From Octopus bimaculoides (lineage: Eukaryota), in contig NC_068982.1 in NCBI RefSeq assembly GCF_001194135.2, forward strand, positions 7,779,994-7,843,993: a DNA stretch of 64,000 nucleotides. The letters run 5' to 3'. Under the pieces are notes generated by a model. That model saw nothing but the letters and a program-made list of their open reading frames with translations. It was not told the origin of the DNA and searched no databases. The position numbers and the translations under genes are program-made. Shown piece by piece: positions 29,601 through 44,815 of this stretch; position 1 is the first letter of the stretch; every line of letters starts with the position of its first letter.

Positions 29601-31405
29601 TATTTTTCTGAATGTCATTGTAGGACAGGTGTGAGAGGCTATATCTGGCTGGTTTAAACCAAAAACGTAGAATATTTGGGACAGCTTAAATGCTAAGAGG
29701 TTGAATGAAGGTATTTCTACTAATAGCACAATTGGAATGTTTGTTGTTGAAACCTACAGGTAAGCCCTTTAATTTTATCTATTTACTAATGTTTTCATAA
29801 CTGGTTCATCCATTTCTTCCCAATTATTCCTGGGTCTATTTCTAATGTGCGTAAATTCCGCATCCCCAAATTACATTTATTTTCTTGTAACCAGCAGTCA
29901 TTCATCTTGTCCACCTCTACTAATACTTTTAATATCAAATAGCTTTCTCAACTGACAGTCAATGTTTCTCATAATTACTGCAAATGATAGAAAATTGCTG
30001 TAATATCTCCATATTCCCCTAATAGTAATAAGAAAGTAAAGAATAATTCTGACATATTTTTTTAAACATATTGTAGTAATTCCAGACTAAGATAATGGAA
30101 ACTAAGGTTAAGAAATTAAACCAACTCACAGCAAACTTCATTTAATGTAGAGTTTTCACGCCAGTTAATAATGGCACCATTGTCAGCACATGCTTTGGCA
30201 TAAGCTTGAAGTGCAACACACATTGCATTTGGATTAAATATTTCACTAACACACATATCTCGCATACATTGGTCATAATATTTTTGGTATGGAACAATTT
30301 CAAAGCAGTATTGAAATTGCTTGCTGAATGGAATATAAGAGCAGTACTTTTTAGCTTCATCTTCATTCTGAAATATATAAATTTGAATAACTTTACATTT
30401 GAATTTAAAATTTTGACTTTAATAAAAGTTTTAATAAAATTAAAAATATTATAATTAAAAAAAAAGTGAAAATTCTCATATCTGTAACAAAATGTTCTCA
30501 ATAAACCAAGTCTCATTAAAACATAATTACTTTGTTAAATACGTTAGCTACATTAATAACTTGAGTGGTAAAAAGTATTTGCATGTATACAGAGTGGTGC
30601 AAAAGTAAGTATACAGTTATGAAAAAAGAAAACATACAATACTCATTTTTATCAAAAAAATAAAAAGTTAAGATAAAAGTATTATTATAGTTATGATAGA
30701 TGTATTATTGGGATTAATGATATTGAAAATATCAAAAATGAGGCTAACTAATTTAATATGCTTGGTTTTCTCTAGTATGAGAGAGTTCCGAACACTGCCT
30801 TTCCATGTAAAGCCACATCATGAATACATACGCAGTTTTTTAGTTGTTTGCAGAATGTCAGCTATGCTTCTGCTTCCAATTCTTCATATTAGATTTTGAA
30901 ATACTAAATATTATATTTATGTTACCAATATATCAGCTATGACATTAGTAAAGAAATTCCATGATGCATAATTAGCCTTGCCGGAAGATCTTGAAGTATC
31001 CTTATACAGAGCTCTTAAAGTTTTAAGAAAATAATTTCACTAATTTACCTTTGGGTTTGATATAAAAGTGGAGGCAAGTGGTTAAGATATTTATCTCATA
31101 ATCATAAGGTTGTGGGTTCATTTCTGGACCAAGCAGCACATTGTATTCTTGAACAAGTTACTTCACTTCATGCTGACCCTATTTAATGAGCTGTAATGAG
31201 TACTAGCTAGATGCTACTGCAGCTCTCTCACTCTCTCTCTCTTTTTAAGACATGGCTATGTGGTAAGAAGTTTGCTTCCCAATCACATGGTACTGGGTTC
31301 AATCATCTTGCATGGCATATTGGGCAAGTGTCTTCAACTATAGCCTTAGGCCAACCAAAGCCTTGTGAGTGGATTTGGTAGACAGAAACTGGAAGAAGCC
31401 CATTG

Positions 31406-31440
<35 letters not shown>

Positions 31441-34203
31441 ATCTTTGTATCTATGTATCTCTTTTCCACCAGCACCACTTGACAACCAGTTGGTGTATTT
31501 ATGTCCCCCGTAACTTAGTCGTTTGGTAAAGAAGACCAAAACAATAAGTACCATGCTTTATAAAAATATAAGTACTGGGGTCAATTCAATCAACTAAAAT
31601 TCTTCTTAAGGGTGAGATACCTGAAAGGGTATTTATGTCTGTGTGTAGTTAACTAGAAACTTGAAATAGTAAAAACAAAGTACATACTACAAAGCTATAC
31701 TCATTATTGAATGACAACTGGCTGTAATCTGATACTCCAACCTACCACCTGGCACACAGCCACTTCTCTTGGTTCCTCTTCCTCTGTCCGCTGAGAGGCC
31801 CTCTACTTGGTGACCTCACAGGAGCTAGCACCATATGTAAAGGCACCCATGCTAGCGCCATATAAAAAGTACCCATGCTGGTACCACAAACAAAACACCC
31901 AGTACACTTTGTAAAGTGGTTGGCATCAGGAAGGACATCCAGCCATAGAAACCATGTCAAAACAGGTGAGTGGAACCAGGTGCAGCCCTCCAGCTGGCCA
32001 GCCCCTGTCAAATCATCCAACCCATGCCAGCATGGAAAATGAACATTACATGATGATGATGATGAACTATGATCATATCATTACTAAAAGTAATATAATT
32101 TCAATTTATGTTTACATAAATAATAACTTACATTTATATTAACTTCACAGGGTTCGGACTCCACATCATCTCTTTGTGGAGCAAAGCAAGAGAAAGCAAT
32201 AAATTCTTGAGCAAATTTTGTTTTATGAACAAGCAAACCAGTTCGGCTAACAAGTTCATTGTTGATATTAGAATCAAAATTGCCACAGAGACCTTCAACC
32301 TGTCATGTAAAGTTAATATTATTTAATCAATAAACCTCAAAAGTCACAAATTAGACCAAGAAAAATAAAAAAAGCAAATATATTCTGTTTAGCTGAAAGC
32401 TTTAATATCTGTTAAAAGAACACAAGTGGTTGTCTAAGCTAAATTTTAGTTGTAAATTAAAGGTTTTTATCCAATTCTATCTCAAAATAATGCATGAAAT
32501 ATGAACCCTCACAGATATTAATACTCTACTTTTTTATTTAATTCCATCCACCCATCTTCTCTACCCACTATTCCTAGGAAGGTTGTGGGGATAAAATCCT
32601 CAGGCACCTCTTCCATAGCAGAAGCAGCTATCATTATGCTTCCCACCAGGATCTCCAAACACGACCAAACTGAGACTGTGGATGTTATCCAACCATCTCA
32701 TTCTTGGTTTACCCTTAGGTTTCCTGCCAGTTGACTCAGCTTCAAGAATCCATCTTGCAATTCTTTTCTGTAATGTTCTGATCACATGTTTGTAACACCA
32801 GAGCCATGACTGCTCAAAGCAGGAAAGCAACTTATTTAATCTCAAATATTATCTAAAAGGTCTACATAGTAAAATTAACATATAAAAATGTAAATAATAA
32901 TACCAAGCAGTAAAAAGTTTAATTTACTTCTGAAATGAAATTGTAGAAAAGATTTTGTTTCATTTTTCTGTAACAATTTTTTTCTTTGCAATATATGCTT
33001 ATTTAAATAAGATTTAATAAGCTTTCTGAAAACTATTTTAGAATTTCACTAATTAATAAAAGGCATTAAGAAACTTCAGAAAGTCAGAATATCTTAAAAC
33101 AATTTTTTATGATTAATGTATATTCAAAATAATAGCACATTGTTTCTTTAAAGATTTTATATTAAAATTAAAAAGCTGCCTGAAGAATAATAGTTTACTC
33201 ACATATATGTTAAAATTAGTATACCATCAAAATTTCTGGAGTTACTCTTCATTTTTGTTTTTGTACTAACTTATTTCAATACTTTCAAAGATAACAAATT
33301 CAATTCACAAATCTTATCACAAGTCATGGCTGACATTTGCATGAAAGAGAAGAGGAGGAGGAGGAGGCGACAAGGGGAGAAGTAGGAGGATGACAAGGAG
33401 AAGGGGAAGGACGATGAGGAGGAGGAGGAGGTATGGCATTGGATGCATAAGATTTTTAAAACAAAATATTATATTAAAACAATTTCTACATCATTTTACA
33501 TTTACATTTTTATATGCTCCAAAACAAAAAGTGGTTTCGTACCAAACCTCGATAATTTGACTTCAGAGTAATATAAGTTTGGGCACCAGCATAATGTAAA
33601 ATACGGAAATCCAGTCCATCCACCACATAAAACAAAGACGATGCCTGTTTTATAATAATTTCTTTACTGAAAAAACTGTTATCTGATCTATAGTTGCCAT
33701 TGACAAAAAATCCTTTCTTAGTGATTTTTGCAAAGAGATTTGCAGTTTCAATTTTGAGGCCAGTTGAACAATTAAATTCATCAAGATATGGGCTGCTGCA
33801 TGGACCAAATTCCAGAGATATTTTCAACTCCAGTGAAGTTGATTTACTCTAAAACGACAGAAATACATCAATAATAATTAATTAATTTGGTAACTTTCAG
33901 AGTTTAGTTTTATACTAAATTTTCTACACTGAATCAATGTATTAATGCATCAGATACAATTAATTAGCCTAATAATGTTCTCTTAATCTGGTCACCAGCA
34001 GAAGTGGTGGTACATGTTCTCATGATGAATGGTTTGTCTAATTCTTCAATGTCTGCTTTAGCATGGTTTCTACAGCAGAATACCATTCTTAACACCAACC
34101 ACTCACCCACTTGGGCAAGTCTTTTGTTATAGCCACAAACCAATCAAGGCCTTCTGAGTGGATTTGGTAAGCAGAAACTGAAAGAATCATATCACACACA
34201 CAT

Positions 34204-34234
<31 letters not shown>

Positions 34235-34467
34235 TATATGCATGTATGTATTTACATACATACATTNNNNNNNNNNNNNNNNNNNNNNNNNNNNNNNNNN
34301 NNNNNNNNNNNNNNNNNNNNNNNNNNNNNNNNNNNNNNNNNNNNNNNNNNNNNNNNNNNNNNNNNNNNNNNNNNNNNNNNNNNNNNNNNNNNNNNNNNNN
34401 NAACCAATCAAGGCCTTCTGAGTGGATTTGGTAAGCAGAAACTGAAAGAATCATATCACACACACAT

Positions 34468-34498
<31 letters not shown>

Positions 34499-37400
34499 TA
34501 TATGCATGTATGTATTTACATACATACATTATAGGCCATTTGGCATCATGCCATGCTTGAGAAGAAGACCCATTAAGTCAAGTAAAACCACAGTTGTGGC
34601 CAATGCCAGTGTCACATAAATGGCACACATGACAGTGGCACGTAAAAGCATCTATTATACTCTCAGAGTGGTTGGCATTGGGAAGGGCATCCAGCCATAG
34701 AAACCATGCCAAATCAGACTGGAATCTGGTGCAGCCTTCCAGCTTGCTAGTCCTGATCAAACCATCCAACCTATGCCAGCATGGACAACGGATATTAAAT
34801 GATGATGATGAGGTGTGGATCTGTGGTGAGAAATTCACTTCACTATATGGTTCCAGCTTCTTGGCTAAGTATCTCCTACTATAGCCTCAGGCCAACCAAA
34901 GCTTTGTGAGTGGATTTGGTAGGCAGAAACTGAAAGAATCCTGTTGTATATGTGTGCGTATGTCCTCCACCACCACTTAACAACCAGTGATGGTGTGTGT
35001 ACAAATCCATAACCTAGCAGTTCAGCAAAAGTGAACCAATAGAATAAATAACAGACTTAAAAGAAAGTTAGTACTGGGGTTGGTTCATTCAACTAAAAAT
35101 TCTTCAAGGTACTGCCCCATCATGGCCACAGTCTAATAAATGAAACAAGTAAAAGATAAAAGATAATTAAAAAAATAGCTTTTCTCAAATTTTTACCATA
35201 AATATGTAACAATAGAATTTTACTGAAAATGCTAGAAAGATTACTTTTTCAACTTTAATGCAAGCAAAAGATTAGTTTTTGCCAACCTATTTAATCTGTA
35301 AATAATTCAGTTTATTAAATTTAGTGGCTAAGTTTTTATCAAACTTAAAAGAACATTAATCAGCTAAGTGATGATGAATGTCTATATATAAAAAAAAAAC
35401 AAAAGAAAATAATTATCTTACTTGCACTAGTGTATATCGACAAGAAACTGGTTCGATTGTGTAATCCAAATTATCAAAAGTTTTAATACTATTGCGACCA
35501 AGTATTGTACAAGTTCCAGGACATTCTTGCTTTTCACACACCCATTTACCATATTTACAAACACTATAGAATGAAGGAAAAAAATAAAATGAAGTTATTT
35601 CTTTATCAATATGCAGTCAAATGCAAATTTTGACTTTGAAATTTTAAAGAACATGAATACAGCTTATGAAAATGACAAACATTATTCCAAAAATCAGTTA
35701 TCAATTATATTATACATAATTTCACTATATCCATAGAACTACTTGATGCCTCTGCCAAATTATTATTGTTGGGGGAAATTGATTAGTCTAATTCATTAAA
35801 TTTCACACTAGTATTCTTATAGTTAGGTTGAAAATCTACTTCATCAGATCTGCTGAAGCCCATCTGAATTATATTAATCCCCAAAAACTTGATTCAAAAT
35901 TAATCAGTTAAATTCAACAAATGATTTTAGTCACATACCAAAGGTTGCAATCCATCTTAACAGTAGAATTCTCATCGAATTTCTTGCCTTCATATTCACA
36001 TGGGCATTCTTCCTTATTAATACATTTGCCGTTTTCATAAAACTTTCCAACAGGACATCGGCAAGCAGCCACACAAGGTAAATCACAATCACTAATTTCA
36101 TCAGTGTTGCCACAAGTTCTAGGACAGGGGGCAGTGCATTCATCAAATTCAAACCCTTCAGGGCAAGTAATTGCTAATAAATAGAATAGATACATTTTAG
36201 AGAAAAATTAAATATGTTACTTGATATATTTTTTTCTGAAAAAAAGTGAATGTCAGTAGTATCAAAGTTGTAATTTGTCAATTCAAAGAGGTAGTGACTC
36301 TACTTGGAGAGCCCCTATTGAGAAATGTTACTCCAAAGACCTTTCAGAGCAACCCTATTTCTACAGCTTTTATTCACAATTGTATTCTTTCGGTCATTAC
36401 CCAAGATTCCTGATCACAGATAAAGGTAGGCACAAACACCAAATTGAAGATAGCGAATTTGGTTCTTACACCTACCCTTCTTCAGATGAGTGAATGCTGA
36501 ACCTGGTGCATTACTGAACCAGATACTGCAATTCTTGCACTTAATCCAGCCTCTTACTTTCCATCATTCATGAAAATGGACAAAAGCCAACTAACAGGAG
36601 ACCAAGTGGCAGACCACTAAGAAGATAGTTGGATAACATCCATGTACTTAGTTGGTCTCACTAGGGGATCCAACAAGATCAATTGTAGATAGTTGATTCT
36701 CACAGGGCCTGATGGAAGGCATCCTTGTGGACTCTACTCCTATGACCCTTCAAGGCACAAGTGAACAAAGAAAATGAGATGAGATCAAAAATTGAATATA
36801 AGCTAGAATGAAACTGTTTGACGAAATACAAACTTTAAGAAAACTGCAAAAGAAACTAAGACCAATGAACTGTATTATTAGAATTAAGTATGCCATAGAA
36901 TAAAGGTTTAAAAACATACATTTTAGATGTACAATGGTGGACTAAAAATTTCATAGGCTGAAAATGAAGGACTGATGCTAGAGCTATGAAATCTTGCATG
37001 CATTAATTTCAACTGTTCTTATTAATAACTGATTCATTTATTTCCAGGTAGACTGACATCAAACTGTTCAAAGAAGACTTCAAAATTAACTAATAGCGAC
37101 CTGCCTTGTTGAAAATGGGTAAAATTTGGCATCGTGGTATTATCAAGTACTTGCAGAAAAAAAGGTTTAGCACTACAAAGACATTCATGCTGATATGGTT
37201 GCTACATTAGGATATGATGTTCCAGCTTTATCAACAGTGCAAAAGTGGGTAGCCTATGAACTTTTCAGCTGTCCATTGTACAAAATATTTCAGATGAACA
37301 GAAATTATTAGTAATGGTAAGAGTTGAGCAATAAACAATATTTTCTTTTTTGATAATAATGACTTCTTTTCGTAGTATGGAAGATGCATCCTAGTCGTTC

Positions 37401-39822
37401 AAAATCATGCAAAGACTGCATTTCAGATGCAATGAAATCATATTCATACAAATTTTGACATGTAATAATAAATGTTTAAGTGAAGTTAACAGTTTTTGAT
37501 TGATTTTAATGGCTAATATGTATCTTTCATGCTACAAAAGTTTTAGTCTCACGTCATATCACTTGCCTAGCAAGTACAAACCCAAAATGATTTCTATTTT
37601 TTAACAGTGCAAGAAATAATGAAATAAATTATAAGTTGTTTTAATACAAAGATCAAAATGGGAGTGACACAAACACCAAAACAGGAAAGGATTACATACG
37701 ACAAATGTTTTGTTTTCTCCACTTTGGAATATCATTTCCATTCAAAAAACACTGATGGGCAATACTTTCAACGGCTGTACATGCTGCTGTCATAGCTTCT
37801 TCTGCAGTATCAGAGGCACGGATCATCGAGAAGCAATTGTCTATTAAAACTGGCTTCTTTTCCTAAAATGACAGGTTGTTTGAAACAAAACATAAGAATG
37901 TATCAGATAATAAAGAAATTACATAAGAAAATGTTATTAATATTAAGAAAAGTAAATGTTCAATGCTCTTAAAATGTAGTTTTACTCATGATTAACAAAT
38001 TTTATGTAAATTTCTGCTTATTTAAATACAAAAATTATTATTTCTAAACCTCTCAACGAGGGACATTCAGGCACAGTACTCTAAAGTAAAGATTATTTCC
38101 CATCATAATGCATTAGTCCTGCTTGGGACGAATGTTACTGTTATTTAGCCCCAGGGGCTGATGTAATCAACTTAGGCTCTTCCCTGAAACTGCTGGCTTT
38201 GTGCCAAAATTTGAAACCAATATTTGCAGATTTTAATACATTTGTTGATAGCATATAACAGTTTCCTGGGGCCAAATAACAGTAATATTCATCCCAACCA
38301 GGACTGCCGCATTATGCTGGCAAATAACCTTTACTCTGTTTATTTACAAAATCAGAATCTATTAAAACAGTAAAATTGATCACTTTTGGTTCAAAATATA
38401 AACATGAAGTTAATCATTTCTGAGGAATAATATGCAATGTAACAATGAAAGAAAAACTAAAGCATTTAAATCAAGAGGGTAACAAAAAGTAGGAATTTTT
38501 AATTACTTTTCAAAGGAAACCAAAAATTTGCTACCAACAAATGTATTAAAACCTGCAAATATTGGTTTCAAATTATGGCACAAGGCCAGCAATTTCAGGG
38601 AAGGGGCTAAGTTTATTACATTAACCCCAGTGTTCAACTGGTACTTATTTGATTGACTCTGAAAGGACAAAAGACAAAGTCAACCTTGGCAGCATTTGAA
38701 CCCAGAACATAAAGACAGATGAAAAGCCACTGAGCATTTTTGTGCAACATGCAAATGATTCTACCAACACACCTTAAAAATCTGCAAATATTGTTACTGC
38801 AATACAGATGTATTGATTATCTCTGCTCAATATTGTAAAAACTGGGCAAAGATTAAATTACAATTTCAGTTTCAGTACAATAGTAAAACAAATTACAAAA
38901 ACAAAAAACAAAATACAACCTATTGACACAAATACGTCTGCTTCGGTACATTATTGTAATGATAACAACTATCATGATAGAAACTAAAGTAAAAGTCTCA
39001 TGGAAACATTACGAAAAACAATGTAATATTTAAGAAAATAAATCAAAGAGATTAGAAGTGAAACTGAGTAACACTAATTTTTTTTAAAATATAAACTTAC
39101 AGAAAGATCACAATTATAGAAAGTAAAGGCAACATGGCAAATTTTGTTAGCTTCTGGATATCTGTAATCAGGTGATGTTGAAAGTCTGTTATTTTTGCAC
39201 TGAAAAAGAAAAAAATAGGACTTAAAAGTTACATAAAAAGTTTATGAGAGAAAAAAATATTTTCATAATTCTGAAGGGCTTTTATTTTTACGATGTATAA
39301 AATGAAGAAAATAGTATCTTAAGTAATTAATTATTTCTGCTTTAGGCACAAGGTCTTGAAAATTGAGTGGGGGGAGCTAGTCGATTACATCAATCCCAGG
39401 TACTTATTTCATCAATCCTGAAAGGATGGAAAGCAAAGTGGACCTCGGCGGAATTTGAACTCAGAACATAATGACAGATGAAACACCGCTAAACATTTTG
39501 CTCAGCGTGCTAACGATTCTGCCAGCTTGCCACCCTAGTATCTTAGGTAATTAATGTCATATTTCACATTTTTATTCTGTCTAAATGAAAAGACAAATTA
39601 TGAAGACCAATTAGTTCTTATTTTAGCTTTTAACTTCCATTGAAGATGAAGCAGCAGCTTAAGTCTTTCTACAGCACCGAAATTTTGAGCACCTTTAAGG
39701 AATCTATTCATTCACAATTAGTTATTACTTTAGCAATCATTGAAAAAAGATCCCTCTTAATCCCAGGCAAAATGTTTGTTTCAAAGACATTAAATGGAGA
39801 AAAAATAAAGTAAAAACATAAA

Positions 39823-39867
<45 letters not shown>

Positions 39868-42800
39868 AAAACTTTAACGAAATATAACAATTATATTTAT
39901 CATAAATGCTTACTAAATTTTCATAAATATCTAGGTCAATTCATCATCATCATTTAACATACGTTGTCCAAGCTGGCATGGGTTGGACAGTTTGACCAGG
40001 GCTAACAAGCAGAGGGGCTGCACCAGACTCCAGTCTGATTTGGTATGGTTTCTACAGATGCCATTTCTAACACCAACCACTCCGAGCGTTTAATGGGTGC
40101 TTTTACATGCCACCAGCATTGGTACCAGTTGCATGACACCAGTATCTGCCACACTATGATTTTACTTGGCTTGATGGATCTTCTACTCAAGCACAGCATA
40201 TTGCCAATAGTTTTGGTCATTTGTCATTGCTAATCAACAATCTCTTGAGGGGCTACTGATATTAAATATTACTGGGAGATCAGATTACATATAGATATGC
40301 CAGTATATGAAGAAGGATATAAATGTAAACTGATAAGCTATTTTCATGAAATAACTTGCAATATCAGTAATAATTTAGTATCAGTAATAATTTACTTGCA
40401 ATATCAGTAATAATTTTGATAATTAAAGTTATCAAAATTTGAATCTAATTAAAATTTATCTAAATTTCAATTACCTGATTTTAGATAAATTTGAATTATC
40501 TAAATTAAATTCACTGAAGATCGAAATAATGTTGGTAACTCCTTATTACATGGTAATTAGTTACACACATAGATATCCTGGACAACAGTCAAAGAAAAAC
40601 TATTCAAGTGATTGACATGAAGCCACCCAGAAACACACTCCATCATCTCTTCATCACTCACACCTCCTCTTCCCATTGCCTTTTCTTTTCAGTCACTGGC
40701 ATTATTGTCTCTACTTCTCAGAGATGGATGGTCTCATGCCACCTCCACCCAAGTTCAGTCACTCTATTCATCATTTATGCAGTTGCCAAATTGCAACAGA
40801 CAGTCTAAGTGCTACATTAATGCTATCAATCCCTCCAGTTATGCAAGACTAGCAAAGGCTTGATGCACTGGTCCTTCTTTTAGACCTGCTGTTTTTCCCC
40901 AACATTTTTTCTTCCTTTTGTAGCATTAGCAGGGCAGTCGAATTACTTCGCCCCAGCGTAGCAGCACATTGGTGCTGCGTTCCTCCGCTCTTTAAAAGCT
41001 AACAGCAGAGGAATATAAATGACGACTTCCACTAGCTTTTAAAGAGCAGAGGAATGCAGCACCAATGTGCTGCTACACTGGGGCGAAGTAATTCGACTGC
41101 CCTGCTAATGCTATATCATCGCCCTCGTTTGTTGTTGTTTAACACAGGTGAGCACTAGTCAGATAGTGCTATGATCAAAGGTTTTTTCAATTCTGATCTT
41201 CCAATCTTTACTTGAAGCATTACGTAGCCAAAGCTAAATTATTTGATGTATCCTTCTGTGGCAAAGGAGATGTTGGTTAATGCAGGGTACGTATTTGAAT
41301 GAATGCGTGTCAGAGGGCTAGTAACATTTAAATATATGTTTGCATAAAAGGCACAATAAAATACCACAAGACAATGTTCTCTTTAGGTTAACAAACCTGA
41401 GAATTTATTCTAGTGCAATCAAGATATTACCAGAGCTTTGCAGGTAAGCCTTCCTAATAATCGGGAAGGAATCAAGTGTCCATTCATTAATAATTGTTCA
41501 GTCTGTGTATCGTAGATATCAGCATTCCCGTCAATCGGGAGGGCTTACCTGCAAAGCTCCGGTAATATCTTGATTGTATTAAGGAATTAACTCATGCCTC
41601 CTACACCTTGTTGTCTTGTACGCTTATCTCTGTTGTGCCAACTACTTCATGTGTGAGCAAGGAATAAATTTGTTTGTTAACCAAAAGCATTACCTTCTGA
41701 TTTTTATCGTTACCTTTATGTACCTTTTTTTCCTGTTTCTTTGTATTTAAATGTTATAAGTTAAAATGTGATCTTTTGTATAATTGTCCATAGAAATAGA
41801 GAAAATTCTTTGTTTCATTGCAAATAGCCAATAGAAATGTTCATATTCAAAGACCCGTGTTCTTTTTATAATTTTGGATATCAAGTAACTTTTACTAAAA
41901 CAGATATTAAATTTCAAAAAATTTATTTGCAAACCAATTGAAGTACCTACTTTATTTGGTGGTGTTATATATGCTTGAATAAATTCTTCTGAATTCGCTA
42001 AAATGTCACCTTCTCGATTGAAAAAGTCATCTAAGAATGAATACAAATAATTGTATATGATGAAAATTACAGAAAAACATGTAAGGAAGGATAAAATTTA
42101 GAATTTACAAAGAGAATCTTTTCATTAAAAGTTTAATGATTCTGAACAAGTAAAAACCAAAAGACACATGAGTTGAGAAATATGATTATGTTTCTATTAA
42201 GTTATGAATTCTATAATTCTTTAATGCTTTTTCCGTTTTTTTCTTTTGGAAGAACTTGATGGAAATGTAAAAATATTCTAATCTCCATCACAATATATAA
42301 CAATGTTTTAGACAGGAACTTTTATTTAAGAAACCATGAAGCAAATAACATTTTAGAATATGTCAATTTAATCTGTTTAACTACTAACTTTGTATTCATA
42401 ATTTTGAAATAACAAATTGTTAACTCAGTTTATTTTCAGAGCAATGTTACTAATAAAAATGCATAGCCTAGTGGCTAGTGTGTTGCACTCACAATCTAGC
42501 GATTGTGAGTTCAATTCCTGGACTGAGTGGTGCATTGTGTTCATGGGCAAAACACTTCATTTCATGTTGCTCCAGTCCAAGCAGCTATAAAAATGTAACC
42601 CTATGATGGACTAGCCTTCTGATCAAGGGAAATGTTAGCTTTCTCGTCTCACCAATGGAGTGGAATCATTCAAAAGTTAAAACAATGCAAAGCACATTGT
42701 GACCAGTGATGTATAACAATATTTAATAGTTTGGTCAATCATGTGATCATGAATGCAACCCAGAAATTTAAATAAAGAAATACAAAAAAAAAAACGAAAT

Positions 42801-44778
42801 GCAATTTGTACCAGTAAATTCTGATTATAATATTAATTGAGGATAATTCATAAAACACTGAGTGAAAAGCAATTTACTTACTGTTTTCATTACCATCATA
42901 GTTACTGCATAACCCTCTAAGTTTAGAACTTTTGAAAAGAGAATCTGATGGAACAATTTGGACATACTGTCTTTCATTCATTAATATATTTATTGGAATG
43001 GTTGAAAATTGAATGGCTATATAATTATAGCGTCTTGATACTTCAACACCTGGGGAATAAAAAAGAAAAAAAAGAAAAATCTTTCTGAATGAATTTCTAA
43101 AACAAATGTCATATTTAAACATACAAAAATTTATAGTACATTTATATGAAATAATATGTATAATAATAAATTAGCAGGCTAAAAGCTCGCTAAAAATACT
43201 TTGATGCCACATACAAATATGAAGCTAATGTGGTTCAGATGCTCAATTGGAAAACTAAGTAAGGAAAGTATACAAAATGATTAACTAATGATCTAATTAT
43301 TTCACAATGTGAATACCGCCAATATTTTTATCTGATTATCCAATTTCATGTTCTCTGTTAGAAAAGACATTTTACTTTACACTTTTAAACATTTTTAAAC
43401 GTTAGATGTAAATATAAATGCAATTAAAAGAAACATAACATAAAATATAGCTGGATTCTACTCTTATAAGTTTTTCTTTGCTTGTTACAAATGTGAAAGA
43501 TAATTTTTTTTTTAAAGTGTTAGACAAACCATCTTTGACTTCTCCGTTTATATTCATGTATTTTCCATTCAATAGAACACGTCCTTTTTGTACAGTCACA
43601 ATTGTGTTTCCATATTTTACAAAAATTGTCTAAATTTGAAAGGGACAGAAAGCATAAAGAATATTTCAAGAATTTTTTTTATATTTACAATTGAGATAAA
43701 AGGAATTATTATGCATTCGTGCATTAAAATTAAAAATGATTTGAATAAAAGAAAGATGGTATTCTAAAATATTAAAAAAGCACTTGAAGAAATTGCTAAT
43801 AAAGTTCTCAATTAACTCCAAGATATTTCTGGCAATTTTCCCCAAAATAAAATATTTAAAATTATGTTTGAGTCTACAGTTTAAAACATGTTTTTATTTT
43901 ATGCATTATGTTCTTCCTCCTCTAGATAATCAACATCAATTTATTGTTGTAATGCAGATTTCTACATAAGAACTTAATCATAAGTTATTTAATATACAAG
44001 ATCAGAGTCTTATGTTTTGTATTTTATTGTTTTACATTCACTTTTTTGCATGGGAATAGGGGCTTACTTTTTGTAGAAATTAATTCTTGAGGTGTTATTT
44101 CTAATACATGGTGGCCACTGAAAGACTGAAAGGTTTGAAAAAGTCATAACTTCATTTTCAATCTTTTTTTTTTTTTTTTTTTGCATGTTGTAGAGCATCC
44201 CTTAGAGATTAAAATGGCTTTGTATGATGTGCAGCAACAAGTAAATTTCACTTTGTTTTTCTATTCCAGTGAAACATCAATTATTGAAACTCAGAGAAAA
44301 TACTAGCATCATTTTACTGTCAGAGAGTATCTCATAGTGATAGCAAGATTCAGAACCTAATCGCCCGGTTTGAAAGAACTAGATCAGTCAGTGATCTTCC
44401 AGGAAGAGGTCCTAAACACACTGTGTGCACTGTCACAGCAGTGGAAGCCATACAACAGAGTGTCCTTGAGGATTCACCAGCCTCTACCTGTCCTCACTCT
44501 GATCAACTATGCATCACCAGAACATCACTTCAGAAGATTCTGAAACTGAATTTTGAAATGTTTCCATCCAAATAAATTAATAACAAAATTTTAAAAAACC
44601 ATGTGCTTGTAAAAGTTATTTTTGTTTTATATCATTCGGTCTTTCTGTGGCCACCCTATTCTAACCACTCAACTGTGAAGAAACAGTAAAAGCTAAGGAA
44701 ATGAAATGATATTCCACACAAAGAAGACATTGGCAAAACAACTTGTAACTATGTAAAATCCATACTTGATATAAAAAA

Positions 44779-44815
<37 letters not shown>

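Noticed and set aside
33345-33435. Purine-rich GAG tract near an exon donor
   Set aside because: An ordinary low-complexity microsatellite; no evidence of function.
34137-34530. Identical ~130-bp sequence on both sides of the N gap
   Set aside because: Exact duplication at contig ends flanking a gap is most simply an unmerged assembly overlap.
39600-39800. Possible extra exon between 39199 and 41951
   Set aside because: The flanking exons already join in phase (PPNK|CKNN) and no cysteine-pattern residue needs it.
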